Assembly: GCF_009914755.1 (NCBI RefSeq) | Contig: NC_060933.1 | Length of the DNA stretch: 64,000 bases | From: the human T2T-CHM13v2.0 reference genome, Homo sapiens | Strand: one strand, 5' to 3' | In this document: positions 60,005-64,000 of the stretch, piece by piece | How positions within the stretch are numbered: the stretch's first letter is position 1 | Layout: every line of letters starts with the position of its first letter | Program-made: the position numbers and the translations under genes | Notes under the pieces: model-generated | Databases searched by the model: none | Told to the model about the DNA's origin: nothing | What the model saw: only the letters and a program-made list of their open reading frames with translations

Positions 60005-60507
60005 TTAGGATTTGTAGCTGCCGTAACAAAATAGCACAAACAGGTGGCTTAAAACCAACAGAAATTTATTCTTTCATGGTTCTGGGATCTAGAAATCCAA
60101 AATCGAGGTGTCCGCAAAGTGGGTTCTTTCTGCAGACGCCAGGGGAGAGGGTTTCATGCCCCTCTCTGAGTTCTGGCGGCTGTCGGCACTGCCTGGCATT
60201 CTCTGGCTGATAGAAGCTCCGAGTTCTGGCGGCTGTCGGCACTGCCTGGCATTCTCTGGCTGATAGAAGTGTCACTCTCTGCTCTGTTGTCGGCACACGG
60301 CGTTCTCCCTGGGTGTCTGTGTCTCTGGGTCCAAATTTCCATCTTCTTATAAGGACACGAGTCATCTTGGATTGAGGGCCCATCCTAACCCGGAATGACC
60401 TCATCATAACTTGATTACATCTGCAAAAACACCCTATTGCTAATAAGGTCACATTCACAGGTTCTGGGTGGACATGAACTTTGGGGGCCACTGTTCAACC
60501 CAGTATA
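60005..60507 (-). mobile_element. MLT1B/C MaLR LTR in GFI1B intron 1
   Basis: GCTGCCGTAACAAAATAGCACAAACAGGTGGCTTAAAA...GGTCACATTCACAGGTTCTGG...TTCAACCCAGTATA. Confidence 0.8.
60164..60269. repeat. 53 bp tandem duplication (2 copies, 1 mismatch)
   Basis: GAGTTCTGGCGGCTGTCGGCACTGCCTGGCATTCTCTGGCTGATAGAAG at 60168-60216 and 60221-60269. Confidence 0.97.
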
Positions 60508-60573
60508 GCTGGTGTTTTATCTCAGGAGGAGGTTCTGAGATATGGAGGGGGATTGTTCTCTTGTCCTTCCTAA

Positions 60574-60876
<303 letters not shown>

Positions 60877-61202
60877 TGAGTGATGCCCTCATCCCTTCTG
60901 CCCTGTTAGGGAGACGAGAGTGTCAGGTTGGAGCCAGTACTTAGTTACTGGCATGTGGGGCCTCACTGGAGGCCCAGTCTAGGGCTGGAGTTGGGTTGCT
61001 CAGAAAAACAGACTGGTCCAAAGTCTTCCCCGGGGTCTCCTCCTGGCCTCTTCTTGCCGCCGCCTGCTCTGGGCAGAGCCCGGGAGTGTGAGCCGCCAGA
61101 AGCAGCGGCACGTGGCTGTCTCTCTGGGCCTCCTCCTCCTAGGACGGGCGTGCCCTCCTTGCTCCCTCTGGGCTTCCCAGAAACTGTGGCTATTGATGCT
61201 GA

Positions 61203-61370
<168 letters not shown>

Positions 61371-61709
61371 TGACCCACTGTCATTCCCCAGGGAGTGCCA
61401 AGGGGAGGAAGGATGAAGGGACTCTTGCAGCAGGGCCCCTTGGGGCCCTGGAGTCAGGAAGGACCCACGAAGTCACTGGATGCAGCCCGGGCTCTGTGGC
61501 TTCTGCTTGGGCCTCTCAGACAGGGAGCTAATTCCCGGATGTGGGCTAGGTGGGAGAAGAGGCCAGAAGCAGCAGCTGGGCCGGTCCGTGCAGGGAGTGA
61601 GGTGGGCACTGTGGAGTGAGGCTGGGGGTGTCTCTGGGCTGGAAAAGCTGAGGAGCCACAGTGAGGACCCAGACATTCCTGGCAGTAAGTATCTGGGTTG
61701 ACACCCTGA

Positions 61710-62089
<380 letters not shown>

Positions 62090-62102
62090 CCCCTGTGTTT
62101 AA

Positions 62103-62564
<462 letters not shown>

Positions 62565-63000
62565 TGACCACGTGCCTGGCCCTGTGCTAAGCAATTGACA
62601 GGCATGAGTGCCAGAGTCAGATGAAAGGTTAAGGTTCAGAGAGGTTAAGTCACTTTTCCAGGATCAGACAGCAAGTAGATATCAGAACCAGCATTCAAAC
62701 CCAGCTTCGGCCAACTCCCAGCTCTTAACTACTGGGCTATTCCGCCTCTAGATGAGGCAAGGAGGGGCCTCCAGATCCCCTCTCTCACATCCAACTTTGT
62801 AGAAGGGAGACTGAGCCACAGAGAGGCAAACGGACCTCCCTGGGACACACAGCAAGCAAGCAGCAGAACTGGCAATCCAGTGCCCCTTACTCTGTGTACC
62901 CAGCCTTGGCCAGAGCTGGGCATGGAAGAGACCATGGGACCCCAGGCCTGTCCCTGTCACCGCAGCCCCCAGTGGCCTCACATGCTGCCCCTGCTCCCAG

Positions 63001-63138
63001 GTCTTCTCCACCCCTCACGGGCTCGAAGTGCATGTGCGACGCTCCCATAGTGGGACCCGGCCCTTCGCCTGTGACATCTGCGGCAAAACCTTCGGCCACG
63101 CTGTGAGCCTGGAGCAGCACACGCACGTCCACTCCCAG
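63001..63138 (+). CDS. GFI1B: GFI1B coding exon 4 (end of ZF1 plus ZF2); cassette exon skipped in the short isoform
   Basis: ctcccag|GTCTTC...TCCCAG|gtgggc; 138 nt, phase 0-0; [16 protein letters not shown]...[23 protein letters not shown]. Confidence 0.97.
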
Positions 63139-63486
63139 GTGGGCACCTGGCCCAGCGCAGGACTCCCAGCCCCACTCCTTCTCTGTGCTTCCCCAGGGAG
63201 CCTGGGGGCTGTGGCTGGGTCCCTCCCCCTGCCCCTGGGGGTGACACAGATTGGGAGGGGTCCCCTAGTACCCACCTCCCTGGGTCTGGGTCTCCAACAC
63301 CTGCCCTTAACAAACTTCAGACTCTTAACTAAACCACCGTGCAGACCACAACCATCCCTGCCTCAAGGAACTCACTCTAGGTTAATGGTCATGAAATGTG
63401 AACCCCTAAAGAACCTCTGAGATCAGTCAGTCCATCAGTCAATCAACGAACATTTATTGAGGTTTATTTTGAGCGGGATACCGTGA

Positions 63487-63852
<366 letters not shown>

Positions 63853-64000
63853 TGAGTCTCACCTGCCTGTGCCCCCTGGGCAGAGCACCCCCACCTTTCC
63901 CTGAGAGATGCATCAGAGGCCCCCAGCGTGAGGCTGGGGGCGGGGTCTAGTTACAAAGTCAAAGGCCACTGCTGATGGAGGGCTGGGCACCTGTGCTACT

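Noticed and set aside
60164-60269. CRISPR-like repeat-spacer structure (also at 19048-19160)
   Set aside because: Two-copy tandem duplications in eukaryotic DNA; no unique spacers or cas genes

Overview
Human (primate) genomic DNA that I recognise as the TSC1-GFI1B head-to-head locus (9q34.13). Minus strand: non-coding exon 1 (CpG-island promoter near 14.4 kb) and exon 2 of TSC1; its coding exons lie left of the window. Plus strand: MIR548AW (MADE1 hairpin), about 37 kb of repeat-dense sequence, then the GFI1B haematopoietic promoter/exon 1 (about 52.6-52.8 kb) and five coding exons (SNAG domain through zinc finger 4), with the gene continuing past the right edge. The repeat-dense part holds more than 40 Alus, old L1M, MaLR/ERV LTRs, a 1.4 kb CACTAYA tandem array, an RPL39 processed pseudogene and a U7 snRNA retrocopy. 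No new multi-gene system is evident. The most interesting details are: a tailless 5'-half tRNA-Gly(TCC) retrocopy with TSD; TSC1 uORFs and a CLEAR+FOXO promoter module; a ~400 bp direct duplication bracketing the GFI1B promoter; a 53 bp GATA-doubling tandem duplication; an in-frame alternative GFI1B acceptor; and a possible ~4 kb excess over the reference (from recalled coordinates, unverified). Repeat boundaries and subfamily calls are by eye and approximate.
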